Below, piece after piece: positions 31,307 to 41,262 of a DNA stretch of 59,986 nucleotides. How positions within the stretch are numbered: the stretch's first letter is position 1; every line of letters starts with the position of its first letter. Under the pieces are notes generated by a model. The model saw only the letters and a list, made by a program, of their open reading frames with translations, searched no databases and was not told the origin of the DNA. Origin of the DNA: a virus. Taxonomy: Duplodnaviria > Caudoviricetes. The position numbers were made by a program, and so were the translations under genes. Location of the stretch: the IMG/VR virus record IMGVR_UViG_3300020474_000013, positions 1 through 59,986 of that record; one strand, given 5' to 3'.

Positions 31307-31618
31307 TTAAGACTTACCGCCTTTAGCGTAGCTTTTGGTTTTCATCATGCGTTTTGTGTTTTTACCACCACGCATACCACCTTTGGTTTTCATCATGCGT
31401 TTTGTGTTTTTACCACCAGCCATACCGCCTTTGGCTTTCATCATAATTTTTTTACCTGCAGCATATCCTTTATTTTCCATAGGAGTATCGCTAGTCATTT
31501 TAGTATTCATACCCATACTAAACATTCTTTTAACATACTGTTTATTAGATTCAGCTCCCATTTCAGTTGCTTTTAGTCGTCTGCCACCAGACATACCACC
31601 TTTAGGTTTCATTTTCAT
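31307..31618 (-). CDS. K/M/G-rich small basic protein with 16-aa repeats
   Basis: K[AT]KGGM[AR]GGKNTKRMM twice. Confidence 0.6.
   Translation of the reverse strand: MKMKPKGGMSGGRRLKATEMGAESNKQYVKRMFSMGMNTKMTSDTPMENKGYAAGKKIMMKAKGGMAGGKNTKRMMKTKGGMRGGKNTKRMMKTKSYAKGGKS
31334..31444. repeat. 48-bp-period tandem repeat (~2.3 copies) inside a CDS
   Basis: tttggttttcatcatgcgttttgtgtttttaccacca at 31334 and 31382. Confidence 0.85.
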
Positions 31619-31629
31619 AATTAGTTCCT

Positions 31630-31935
31630 TTATTTTTTAGCTACAGTTTTTTTCTTAGCTGTAGTTTTTTTAGTTGTTTTTTTCTTAGTTGGTTTTTTAC
31701 CACCAACATAAGCTTCGTTTATATCTGGAGTAGATGGGTCATCGCCGATAAGTTGTCCTTTATCGTTTCTTGCTCTTTCACCATTCATTTCAGCACATTT
31801 GCGTTCTGCATCTTCTAAGTCTGGGTCTGGACCAAATATTGGTCTATAGATACCATCTTCGTCAAGATGTAACACTTTATATTGTGGTGGAAATTCACCA
31901 GTTTCTGAAATTACATAATTTTTACTTTTTGCCAT
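31630..31935 (-). CDS. Hypothetical protein with a histone-H1-like K/T tail
   Basis: RARNDKGQLIGDDPSTPDINEAY followed by KKTTKKTTAKKK. Confidence 0.6.
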   Translation of the reverse strand: MAKSKNYVISETGEFPPQYKVLHLDEDGIYRPIFGPDPDLEDAERKCAEMNGERARNDKGQLIGDDPSTPDINEAYVGGKKPTKKKTTKKTTAKKKTVAKK

Positions 31936-31947
31936 AATTAATTCCTA

Positions 31948-32355
31948 TTAATCAGAGTACACTTTTACCATTTCTAAAGTAATAGAATAAGTGTCTCCTG
32001 AAGAGTGTCCTTTAGTAGTAAATAGAATATCTCCATTTTTACCACTACCTGCGTTATTTGGAAGTCCGCCAAAATCTTTAAAGTCCATATGTCCATTACT
32101 ACTTTCAGCAAGTTCTACTAATAAAACATTAGAAGAAGCATTTAAAAATAATTGAACAGACATACCAACAATAGCATGGCTAATACGCAATACTCTAACT
32201 TCTGAACAGGCTATACCTGCTGCATTAGAAGCCAAAGCAGATACATCTACCTTAGCTACTGCTGATTCTCCTGTGCCATCGCTGACATTAGTAAACTTCA
32301 TAACACAATTTCTTTCACCATCAATAATAGTTTGTGATGTTACTGCGTCTGCCAT
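31948..32355 (-). CDS. Virion structural protein
   Basis: 135 aa, downstream of the MCP. Confidence 0.55.
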   Translation of the reverse strand: MADAVTSQTIIDGERNCVMKFTNVSDGTGESAVAKVDVSALASNAAGIACSEVRVLRISHAIVGMSVQLFLNASSNVLLVELAESSNGHMDFKDFGGLPNNAGSGKNGDILFTTKGHSSGDTYSITLEMVKVYSD

Positions 32356-32365
32356 AATTTACTCC

Positions 32366-32914
32366 CTACGCTATTTGAGTGTATTCAATAATAAACGTGA
32401 AAGAACCTGCAGTTGTAGCATCTACTGTGTTAGTGATATTACAATAAATAGTTCTTTCTGTGTCTGTGTATTGAACAGAAGCTGGAGCTGTTGTGCCATC
32501 TTGGGTTTGTAAAACTAAACTGGTTACAGTTACATTGTGAGCAACAACAGTTGTTCCACCATCAAGTATCTCATCAGTCTGAGCTGCAACAATTTGTGCA
32601 CCAGAAGATGATGTACCTACTTCGTAACCAATATCGCCTGTTCCAATAACGGGAGAAACATCACAGAATATTTTTATATCAGTAATGATTGTGTTTGCTG
32701 GTTGTGTAAATTCACCTATAGATGGAGAATCTCCTGCTGTAGTATTTACTGTTACGCCAGTTGCAAAGCCAACGTGCTTTACATATTTATCTGTAACAAT
32801 ACCTGTAGATGCAATAGTTGCTACATCTGAAACTGCACCTGTACTTGAATTTTTTGAAATGACCTTGAATCCGCCTTCGGCTCTTACTGGTCCATTAAAA
32901 GTTGTGTTAGCCAT
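32366..32914 (-). CDS. Virion structural (capsid fibre/decoration) protein
   Basis: MANTTFNGPVR N-terminus; strong AGGAGA RBS. Confidence 0.55.
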   Translation of the reverse strand: MANTTFNGPVRAEGGFKVISKNSSTGAVSDVATIASTGIVTDKYVKHVGFATGVTVNTTAGDSPSIGEFTQPANTIITDIKIFCDVSPVIGTGDIGYEVGTSSSGAQIVAAQTDEILDGGTTVVAHNVTVTSLVLQTQDGTTAPASVQYTDTERTIYCNITNTVDATTAGSFTFIIEYTQIA

Positions 32915-33012
32915 AATTTTCTCCTAAAAGAAATAATCTATCATCTCGGCAAGTGTCTGCTAGGTCAGTTGATAGACAAGTTAATAAAATACCTAGATTT
33001 ATAATATACCAT

Positions 33013-33040
33013 AAAAAAAAGGGGAGCGTGTGCTCCCCTT
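33013..33040 (-). terminator. Intrinsic terminator after the major capsid gene
   Basis: GGGGAGC-ACAC-GCTCCCC followed by T8 on the minus strand. Confidence 0.9.
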
Positions 33041-33048
33041 AACAGTTC

Positions 33049-33963
33049 TTACGAACTACCTGGTGAACCAAAGATACCTAGTGGGTCAGATACACCGAAA
33101 GAATATCTTTCTCTCGCTTTATATCTAACATTACCAGTATCGAAGTCTCCATCCATAGTAGTAGTCATAGGAGCTCTAACAAAATGCTTCATTCCGTCAG
33201 GAACATCAGTAGTGATAAAGAAAGCATTAGTATCAGTTAAATAATGATTAACTGAATAGCCTTCTGGAATCACTCCATTAGTTTTGACTGCATTTATGTC
33301 ATTGTCAGCAGTTCCTACTCTGTAGTCAGATTGTAACAATCTAGTTGCTACAAACTGCAAGTCAGAAGGAATAATAAGCTTCCTAGCTTTTGCTGCAATT
33401 TTTAGACCTCTTTCATCTGTCCACTTGCCTATTTGAATGATTGCATCTTCTAAAGATGTTTCATTTAAATCTGCTGCTACAGATGGTCTATTACTATTAG
33501 TACCGCCGTTTACAAGTGGGTGAGCTGTGCTAAACAAAGCAACGCCATCCCCTGAAGAAAAAGTAGTTGAGAATCCATTGTTTAATGGAAACGCTGCTTT
33601 TACTTGTTTTGTATAAGACATAGCTCTTGCTAATGCTTTAGTATATCTAGCTGATACAGAAACATAGAGGTTATCCTCCATAGCTTCTTCTGTAATGCTG
33701 AATCCTAAACCAATAGTTTCATGCGTATATCTAGCGACAAAAGATTCTTGTGCAGTATCATAATTGATAGCTGAACCTTCATCTTTTACTGGAGCTGCTC
33801 CAAAACCAGATAACTTCAATTCTTCTTCGAAACTTCTTTCAGAATTTTCAGTTACATAGATTTCTTCGTGCTCGTTCTCATAACGATTATATTCTTCGCC
33901 GAATAATGCGTTAAGACCAGGTAAGAGTTGTTTTAACTCGTTAGCTCTTGAAATAGCTGCCAT
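33049..33963 (-). CDS. Major capsid protein
   Basis: 304 aa; ISRA..LKQLLPGLNALFG N-terminus, KARERYSFGVSDPLGIFGSPG C-terminus; followed by a terminator. Confidence 0.9.
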   Translation of the reverse strand: MAAISRANELKQLLPGLNALFGEEYNRYENEHEEIYVTENSERSFEEELKLSGFGAAPVKDEGSAINYDTAQESFVARYTHETIGLGFSITEEAMEDNLYVSVSARYTKALARAMSYTKQVKAAFPLNNGFSTTFSSGDGVALFSTAHPLVNGGTNSNRPSVAADLNETSLEDAIIQIGKWTDERGLKIAAKARKLIIPSDLQFVATRLLQSDYRVGTADNDINAVKTNGVIPEGYSVNHYLTDTNAFFITTDVPDGMKHFVRAPMTTTMDGDFDTGNVRYKARERYSFGVSDPLGIFGSPGSS

Positions 33964-33973
33964 AATTTACTCC

Positions 33974-34561
33974 TTAACCTATACCTGTTGTATTTAACAA
34001 CTGGTGTCCGACATTAAACATTACTAGCACATCAGTATAAGTATCACCAACTGCACTATCTGGTCCATCAACAAAGTCAACGACTTTTAATGGTAGTGTG
34101 TTGGTAGTAGCTGCTGTACTCCCATCGACTGCGTTTTTACTTGTACCTATTGTTGTACTTCCTGCAGTTTGCACAACAGCACAGTTCTTGCCAAGGTCAT
34201 CTTGTCCAAGAGTTTCGTCTGATTGCATTTGCATAAGTATAAAAGGGTCAGTAGCAACATACGCAACAATATCATCTGCAGCAGTTGATGCTGGATAATA
34301 TTGATTTGGTGTGAATTGACCTGTTGTTGGGTCTGTATAAGCACAACCAAGGAATACACCTATAGGTGTACAAGCTGTAGTACCAGTATCTTTTTGGATA
34401 GTGGTATTAGGATTGTCATCACCCCATTTTACAAAATCACCATAAAATATGGATGTGCCAAAAGCATTTTTAATTTTGTAATGTGTAACTTTTCCTTGAT
34501 ATGGACTTCCAACTACAGTACCAACTGGTCTAGCTCCGTGAGGAGTTGCACTTGTTGACAT
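33974..34561 (-). CDS. Capsid decoration/cement protein
   Basis: 195 aa immediately upstream of the MCP; PHGARPV, IFYGDFVK, GVFLGC motifs. Confidence 0.6.
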   Translation of the reverse strand: MSTSATPHGARPVGTVVGSPYQGKVTHYKIKNAFGTSIFYGDFVKWGDDNPNTTIQKDTGTTACTPIGVFLGCAYTDPTTGQFTPNQYYPASTAADDIVAYVATDPFILMQMQSDETLGQDDLGKNCAVVQTAGSTTIGTSKNAVDGSTAATTNTLPLKVVDFVDGPDSAVGDTYTDVLVMFNVGHQLLNTTGIG

Positions 34562-34598
34562 AATTGTCTCCTTATCAAATAATTAATAAAATAAGAAA

Positions 34599-35108
34599 CT
34601 AAGAATCTTTACCAAATGTTGTTCGTGATTTTCTTTCAAAAACTTGTTTGGTAGCCATCCTAGAATCTTGGTCTTTAAAATATGTGTTATCTACTGATTC
34701 CAGTTGAGACTCTGCTAAATTATCAAAGTATTCATCTCTAGCTTTCGCTTTTTCTTCTGGCATCTTACATAACAGTTGTCCACCAATTTCAACATTACCT
34801 TTAACCGACCATTCAGAATTGTGGTCCATCATATGAATTTGAAGTTCTGGATGGTCCTCTAATCTACAGGGTTGCCATCCTTCTCTTAATTTTCTTGATA
34901 CATTAGGATTATCAGCTTGACCTAAAAGGCTAGTTCTAATATACCTAAATACCCACCCTTCTTGTGGTGTTGGATTTGGTAAATTTGATGGATTTTCCCA
35001 ACTTTGTATACGCTGAGAAGCCTCTCGGCTTTCTATTTCCCTAGGGGTACGCTCTTGTGATTGCTCTTCGCTATCACTTTTTATTTCTTTATTATTTTCT
35101 TCGGACAT
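34599..35108 (-). CDS. Conserved head-module protein
   Basis: FRYIRTS..GQAD..NVS..LREGW...IGGQLLCKMP. Confidence 0.55.
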   Translation of the reverse strand: MSEENNKEIKSDSEEQSQERTPREIESREASQRIQSWENPSNLPNPTPQEGWVFRYIRTSLLGQADNPNVSRKLREGWQPCRLEDHPELQIHMMDHNSEWSVKGNVEIGGQLLCKMPEEKAKARDEYFDNLAESQLESVDNTYFKDQDSRMATKQVFERKSRTTFGKDS

Positions 35109-35109
35109 T

Positions 35110-36132
35110 TTAAGTCTCCTTTAATAATTGATTTGCATACTGCTCTGGAGTTATATTAAGACGCTTTGCGAGAGCAACTTGACTCTGAGTCAGATGTATT
35201 TTGCGAGGGCTTTTACCGCTATTCCTCGTTGCGGGTGCTACAGGATTGGTTACCTGTCTTTTAGGTGTAATTTCAACTTCTTCTGTTTCCAGAGGTTGTT
35301 GTTGTGTTACACCAAAAAAATTTGGAAATTGTTCTTTCATTTTTGTATCAATCTCAGAATAATATTTCTGAGAGTCTTTTGCAGGGTCAATTCCATTGGC
35401 TTGTAATGATTGGTCTATATACATAGCAAATGATGTCATTTCTTTATGTGCTGGGTCAGTACCCATAAACCAAGGATTATTTTTAGACCATGCATCCATA
35501 TCTGGGTCAGAAGGTTTTTCAATTTGTTGTTGTGGTTCTACATATTTAGAAGCAACATCTGTTTGTAGTTGTTCTGCATAATTACCAGCTTGTTGCTCTG
35601 CTAAAGTAGCTTGTGCTAGTTCTGTTTGTGCAAGAGCCATGTTTTCTGCATTACCTTCTTCGTATGCTTTCTTAAATTTTTCTTGTGCGTTGTATTTTGC
35701 CCATTGAGCATTATTAAGTGCCTGTTGGTTTAATACATCTCCGCCTTGTGAAACTACACTTTGCAACTTTTGATTTTCTGACATCAAAGTTTTTAATGCT
35801 TTTGTAGCTTCTTGTGATTCCCTTAAAGCTTGTTCTTTTGCTCTACGTTCTTCATGGAATTCATATTTAATTTTATTAATTCTTTCACCAGCTTTTTTAC
35901 TATAGTCTGCAATCTCTTGGTCTAAAGTATCATCATCTACAGATTCTTCTGCAGTCTCTACTTTTGGAGGTCGCCTATCTTCTTCTGGTCTTTCATCAAT
36001 AACTTCTACTTCAATGTCTTTTGTAGGGGAAGTATTAATTTCATTTGCAACACCAAAGAATTTATCTTCTGATGTTTGTTCAGGTACTGGTTCTGCTTTA
36101 GTATCTATTACTTGTTCTATACTTTCACTCAT
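35110..36132 (-). CDS. Scaffolding protein
   Basis: Acidic coiled coil, W..NNPWF, C-terminal LTQSQVALAKRL..EQYA. Confidence 0.7.
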   Translation of the reverse strand: MSESIEQVIDTKAEPVPEQTSEDKFFGVANEINTSPTKDIEVEVIDERPEEDRRPPKVETAEESVDDDTLDQEIADYSKKAGERINKIKYEFHEERRAKEQALRESQEATKALKTLMSENQKLQSVVSQGGDVLNQQALNNAQWAKYNAQEKFKKAYEEGNAENMALAQTELAQATLAEQQAGNYAEQLQTDVASKYVEPQQQIEKPSDPDMDAWSKNNPWFMGTDPAHKEMTSFAMYIDQSLQANGIDPAKDSQKYYSEIDTKMKEQFPNFFGVTQQQPLETEEVEITPKRQVTNPVAPATRNSGKSPRKIHLTQSQVALAKRLNITPEQYANQLLKET

Positions 36133-36533
36133 GCTCTCACTACTCCTGTTGGGTCATCAACTACTGCTTCCACAGTATCATCGTTAATTAAACGAAACTC
36201 TTTACCATACATTTTCATACGAGTACCTGAATAAGCTCTAAATATCACCCAATCACCTTCTTTACACCAAGGTCCTGTTGGAAACCTTTTTTCATCACAA
36301 TAAGCTTCTGCACCTAGTTTTAAAACAAAACCACAAATATTTGAGGTTTCTTCGTCTGTTCTAGTTTGACTAGCTTTTATGATTCCGCCATCAGTTGTTT
36401 CTTTAGCTTCAGGCATAGCTATAAGTATTTTCCAACCTTTAGGAACTGGAAGTTGACTTTTAACATCTTCACTAGGTTCTGGTTTTTTAACACTTTCTGG
36501 TTTTGGGATATTTACTTTTTTATCTTTATCCAT
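36129..36533 (-). CDS. groES: Co-chaperonin GroES-like protein
   Basis: PKGWKILI...TDGGII...GFVLKLG..AY...WCKEGDWVIF..YSG...RLINDD. Confidence 0.85.
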   Translation of the reverse strand: MDKDKKVNIPKPESVKKPEPSEDVKSQLPVPKGWKILIAMPEAKETTDGGIIKASQTRTDEETSNICGFVLKLGAEAYCDEKRFPTGPWCKEGDWVIFRAYSGTRMKMYGKEFRLINDDTVEAVVDDPTGVVRA

Positions 36534-36562
36534 ATTTTGCACGACTGTTAGGTGCCGAGTTC

Positions 36563-36766
36563 CTATTGTTTTAAGTGTTGTTCTTTCCAATCAAGAACTT
36601 CACGCTCCGCAAGAGCTAATCCTTCTATAACTCCTGTCATTTTTTTGTAATCAGAAAAGTCTTTACAACTTCCTGTTGAGATATGGTCTGAACATTCATT
36701 CATCATTTCTCTTAATTTCTTAACTAAGAAAGCAGATAGTGATTGCTCATTTATATCATTACTCAT
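36563..36766 (-). CDS. Hypothetical protein
   Basis: 67 aa; DYKKMTGVIEGL, between portal and groES. Confidence 0.6.
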   Translation of the reverse strand: MSNDINEQSLSAFLVKKLREMMNECSDHISTGSCKDFSDYKKMTGVIEGLALAEREVLDWKEQHLKQ

Positions 36767-39230
36767 TCAATTTGCTATCATTAACTAAATCTTTAGCAAT
36801 GTCAATACCTGTTTTATAATCATCTAAAACTTTATTTTCTGCTTTTTCTTGTCTATCTAGCAAATCACTAGCAATTTGCTGTCCCATTTTTAAACCAGAT
36901 GACTCTTGTTGAGCTTTAATTCTTTGTTCTTCTAGTTCTTTATTAGATACAGCTTTAGCTGCATCTACAGCTAATCTACTTTCATCAATTCTTAATTTAC
37001 CTTCAACTTGTTTTTCTTTAATTTCAAGTTCTTTTTGTTTAGCTAATATTAATGGGTCTTGTGCTTGTTCTTGTATTCTTTGTTGTTCTGCTTGTGCAGC
37101 ATTTGTAGTTGCTACTCTTTGTGCAGCCTCAGCTACTAATGTAGATATTCTTTTCTCTACATCTGCTGGTAAAGGTTCTCCTACTGGAGGTAACTCTACA
37201 CCCATTTCTCTTTCAACTTGGTCTCTAAACTGTAATGCAAGATGTTGCATAATATAATCAGAACCAGCACTTTGTATAACTTGTGCATTTGGACTTTGTT
37301 GTACTTTAGCTTGAACATTAGGGTCTTGTTGTGCAGAAGCAAGTGTTTGTATATGAGCTTCATGGTCTTGGAACTCATATGCTTGTACTGGTTTACCATT
37401 TAATATATTTTGTACTGCTGTTACTGGGTCAACAGGTGGCACTTCTCCTTGTGGAGGTATTATTGTTTCTGCATCTTTAATGCCTAATACTTCAAGCATT
37501 TGTCTATGTAATTGACCTAAGTCATATAACTGCGGTGCTTGTTGTGCTAATTGCATAGCAGCTTGATACTGCATAATTCTTTGAGCCATAGTTGCAGCAT
37601 TTGGGTCTGATACAGGTAATACATCTACCCTTGCATCAAAATCTTGTACTTTAATTTGTTGTCCTTCTTCTACTTCATATGGATAAGCTGGTTCTGTAAA
37701 GTCTTTAATAACACCAACTAATATCTCAAACTCTCTTTTCATGGAAGCATGAAGTCTAGCTTGTACTGCTGACATAACTTTCATGTTTCTTTCTAGTAAA
37801 GCTAGTGTTGTTCCTACTGGTGCTTGACTATTCATGTCAGATGTTTTCATATCTGCAATACTTGCAAACCTTTTACCTTCTTCAACTATGTTCTGTAGTA
37901 AAGAAAATAATGTACCTGAAGGTTCTTTATAAGGTAAGAATGTAATATTGTCTCTAATAGCACCACCTGGTACATCTACATCTCTAAACTCACCAGGCAT
38001 AATGGGACTATCGTCTCCTTTTATACGCAGTCCTCTAGCTTTTAAACCACCTGGTAGGTTACTTAAAGTACCTGCATCTACTAATTGTCTTAGTATTGAT
38101 GTAGCTGATTTAGCTAATCCACCAATCATATGTATCAAACCAAAGCCATAGAAACCTAATCCTGGTAGATACTGATAGTGAACAAAGTGCATCCTTCTTA
38201 GTTTTGCTTGGTCATCTTCATAGTAGTTTCTTCTAATGCTAAGAATAATGCCTGAAGGACTATCCATTGTTACAACATAAGGTAAGGCTATACCTGTATC
38301 TTGACCATTAGCATCTTTATCTTCAAAACCTTTAATATCTAAATCTACCTGCATTTCTAAGATAGTATGTCTTGTATCATAGTCGTAGCTTTCTGATTCA
38401 CCAGTCATCTCGTTATACTTCTTAGTAATATCAGATGATGTTGGTGTAGCATCAGGTAGCTCTATATCTCTGTAAAATCCATTGACTTGCATCTTTCTTA
38501 CATCATTAGATGACTTCTTCATTACATGAGTAGCTCTTTCGCAAGTTTCTAAATCACTTGCACCATAATTAACTACTACATCTTCTGCTGGTACAAAGAT
38601 ACCGCTTGGTCTATTTAGTGTCGGGTCAAAATATATTTTTCTAAATGCTGAACCTGCAAGTGGTAAAGAGAACAACATCTTTTCTGTTTCACTTCTGTAT
38701 TCAGACATTTCATAAGTAAGCAAGTAATTAAGATAATCTTGTACTCTTTGACTTTGTTTTTCTTTACTAGAATCTATAGTGCCTACTATTTTAGTTCTTA
38801 CAGGACCTGAAGCAGGGAATATTTCTGATATAGCTTGTGATTGAAATTTAATAACAGCTTCACTTAACATAGGATGAAATACACCACAGGCTCCAGACCA
38901 AGGTGTAGTTCTTTCTTCTATTTTTAATCCTAGCTGGTCTAAGCCTTTAACATAGGTTTCTTCCCAGTCTGACCTTGAATCTTTATCTGATTGATATGCA
39001 CTTAATAACTCATTACCTATAGAGCTTAATTCATCTTCATCAATAAAATCTACTAAGTTAGAATCAAAACTAGCATCTGTTATTTGTGATGCATTAGGGT
39101 CAAAATCAATAATCATTCCACCATCATCGGTTTCTGTTGTTTCTACCTCTATGTCTAATTCTGGTTCAGGGTCCATTTCTACTAGACCATCTATTGGTGT
39201 AGCAGGAACGAATTGTTTTTCTATAGCCAA
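36759..39230 (-). CDS. Portal protein
   Basis: 823 aa directly after terL; HPMLSEA, GFYGFGLIH and APVGTTLALLE motifs. Confidence 0.85.
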   Translation of the reverse strand: MAIEKQFVPATPIDGLVEMDPEPELDIEVETTETDDGGMIIDFDPNASQITDASFDSNLVDFIDEDELSSIGNELLSAYQSDKDSRSDWEETYVKGLDQLGLKIEERTTPWSGACGVFHPMLSEAVIKFQSQAISEIFPASGPVRTKIVGTIDSSKEKQSQRVQDYLNYLLTYEMSEYRSETEKMLFSLPLAGSAFRKIYFDPTLNRPSGIFVPAEDVVVNYGASDLETCERATHVMKKSSNDVRKMQVNGFYRDIELPDATPTSSDITKKYNEMTGESESYDYDTRHTILEMQVDLDIKGFEDKDANGQDTGIALPYVVTMDSPSGIILSIRRNYYEDDQAKLRRMHFVHYQYLPGLGFYGFGLIHMIGGLAKSATSILRQLVDAGTLSNLPGGLKARGLRIKGDDSPIMPGEFRDVDVPGGAIRDNITFLPYKEPSGTLFSLLQNIVEEGKRFASIADMKTSDMNSQAPVGTTLALLERNMKVMSAVQARLHASMKREFEILVGVIKDFTEPAYPYEVEEGQQIKVQDFDARVDVLPVSDPNAATMAQRIMQYQAAMQLAQQAPQLYDLGQLHRQMLEVLGIKDAETIIPPQGEVPPVDPVTAVQNILNGKPVQAYEFQDHEAHIQTLASAQQDPNVQAKVQQSPNAQVIQSAGSDYIMQHLALQFRDQVEREMGVELPPVGEPLPADVEKRISTLVAEAAQRVATTNAAQAEQQRIQEQAQDPLILAKQKELEIKEKQVEGKLRIDESRLAVDAAKAVSNKELEEQRIKAQQESSGLKMGQQIASDLLDRQEKAENKVLDDYKTGIDIAKDLVNDSKLNE

Positions 39231-39239
39231 TATAATCTC

Positions 39240-40736
39240 CTAGTAATAATCTGCTGTTCTGTTATGTTCTATTGGTTCATCTTCTTCATCTGAATCAAGA
39301 GGAACAAAACCACCTTGCCTAAATCTTAATAATGCTTGCGTACTGCTATCAACCAAATCATCATGTTCCATATTAGGAAAACCAGCAAACTCTTCTATAA
39401 CTTCTTCTGCCCATCTTGTTTCAGGTGCCCAAACAACTCCTGAAGCAAACAAATCTGACACAGCATTTACTCTTGATATTTTATCATTACCACGACTAGG
39501 TGTATATTCTTGTACTGGTATGCCTGTTTGTCTAAGTTCAAATATTAAAGGTAGCCCTGCAGCCTTAGCTTCTACAATAAAAGCATCAGGTTTATAGGCA
39601 TTGTACTTCTCTAAAGCCATTTTCTTTAAATCTGGGAACTCTAAACGCTCTTTGTAGGCATCTAGTAGTATTAGTTGTGGAGCAACAAGACCATCATCGT
39701 TTTCTTTATAAAAAACACCCCAACTGGTACAGGCTGAATAGTCAGCTCTTTGTGTTTTTAAGAAAGCCGTGTCCCATGATTGGATAATAAACTCACAATC
39801 AGGAGGATTTCTACCTTCCCATGTTCTCCACCATTCTCTTTTAACAAGAGCACCTTCTTCAGAAGTAGGGTCTTGTTGATATTGAGCCATCCACTTAGAA
39901 CTAGGCAATTCAGCCTTCAAAGCTTCTAACTCTTCCAATTTCCAGAAAGCATCCCACAAAGGTTTACCAGAAGGTAAGATTGCAGGTAGTTCAATTACTT
40001 CCCATTGGTCGGCTCCGCCACGCTTTATACTAGCATCTACCACTTGACCCGTTAAATCCTTGTTATGCCATCTTGTCATCACTACAACGATTGCACCATT
40101 AGGCTGTAAACGCTGTCTAGGACCAGATGTGTACCATTCATAGGTACGATTAAAGACATTTATGTCTGCTGAAGCTCCTTCTTGCTCAGAGTGCGGGTCA
40201 TCTATGATGAGTAGGTCAGCACCTTTACCAGTAACTGCTCCTCCTACACCAATAGCGAAATATTCACCGCCTTTATTCGTATTCCAACGACCCGCAGCTT
40301 TGGAATCCGACTGCAAACTAACATTGGGGAATATTTTCTTAAAATCTTTGCTTCCTACAAGGTTTCTAACCTTCCTACCAAAGCCTACAGCTAGTTCTGC
40401 GGTGTGTGCGGTCTGAATAATCTTTTTTTCTGGCTTACTTCCCAGGAACCATGCAGGTAATAGGAAAGATGCAAACTCGGATTTGGTATGTCTAGGTGGC
40501 ATATTGATAATTAGACGCTTTAAATCGCCATTAGCTACCCTTTCAAAGGCATCCGCCATAATTTTATGATGGGGACCCTCTATAAATGCAGTCCACATCT
40601 CCTTAACAAAGGACATATACTCTTCTGCACACTTCTCTCGGGCTTTAGCATCTTCTAATTCATCTAATAAACCTAGTAACTCTCTCTTCTCATCCAAAGA
40701 AAGGTTTTGTACTTGACTTAATATTTGGTTACTCAT
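39240..40736 (-). CDS. terL: Terminase large subunit
   Basis: Walker A MPPRHTKS, Walker B LLIIDDP, nuclease motifs SWDTA and HDDLVDS. Confidence 0.95.
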   Translation of the reverse strand: MSNQILSQVQNLSLDEKRELLGLLDELEDAKAREKCAEEYMSFVKEMWTAFIEGPHHKIMADAFERVANGDLKRLIINMPPRHTKSEFASFLLPAWFLGSKPEKKIIQTAHTAELAVGFGRKVRNLVGSKDFKKIFPNVSLQSDSKAAGRWNTNKGGEYFAIGVGGAVTGKGADLLIIDDPHSEQEGASADINVFNRTYEWYTSGPRQRLQPNGAIVVVMTRWHNKDLTGQVVDASIKRGGADQWEVIELPAILPSGKPLWDAFWKLEELEALKAELPSSKWMAQYQQDPTSEEGALVKREWWRTWEGRNPPDCEFIIQSWDTAFLKTQRADYSACTSWGVFYKENDDGLVAPQLILLDAYKERLEFPDLKKMALEKYNAYKPDAFIVEAKAAGLPLIFELRQTGIPVQEYTPSRGNDKISRVNAVSDLFASGVVWAPETRWAEEVIEEFAGFPNMEHDDLVDSSTQALLRFRQGGFVPLDSDEEDEPIEHNRTADYY

Positions 40737-41094
40737 ACATCTCCTATACTAGATAGTAAGTAGACACTTCCTAAAACTAAAAACTTACTAAGTTACTACC
40801 AGTTAGTGGCACTTAGCAAGTAAATACCTTACAAGTAGGTACCTACTGGATGTAAATCACGCTAGATTTTAACATAATTGCACATCTTCACAGGAAAAAC
40901 AACTATTTTTTAAAAATAATATGGGGGGTCTAGGGTCCCTTAGCCGTTTCCTACAGAAATTATATATTAAACTTACAAAAAACGCTATCAAAATGCAATA
41001 CATAGGGGGGGTCTATGAAAACAACTAATATCCTGTGCATATCACTATGTATATATGATAGTCAGGTAGCCGACTGTGTAAAAGGGGGGAGGGG

Positions 41095-41188
41095 GGTCTA
41101 TTTATAGTGGGAAATCTAAACACAATATGTTGTGGTCAAAGATGATACCTGGAACACAAGATGTTGTGTCTGACCCTATATATAGTGC
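41095..41188. promoter_or_regulatory. Cluster of four NrdR-box-like palindromes
   Basis: GGTCTATTTATAGTGG (41095), ACACAATATGTTGTGG (41120), ACACAAGATGTTGTGT (41154), ACCCTATATATAGTGC (41173), compared with consensus acaCwAtATaTwGtgt. Confidence 0.6.
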
Positions 41189-41262
41189 ATCCCAAAATCA
41201 GACCACATACAGCACACACACAGACCGCGTAATGCTCTATTAGATAGTTGGTTGATGATTGA

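Noticed and set aside
418-40416. Plus-strand ORFs in the structural arm (e.g. 4462..5004, 5725..6108, 27893..28318)
   Set aside because: Antisense shadows of long minus-strand genes, with no recognisable motifs
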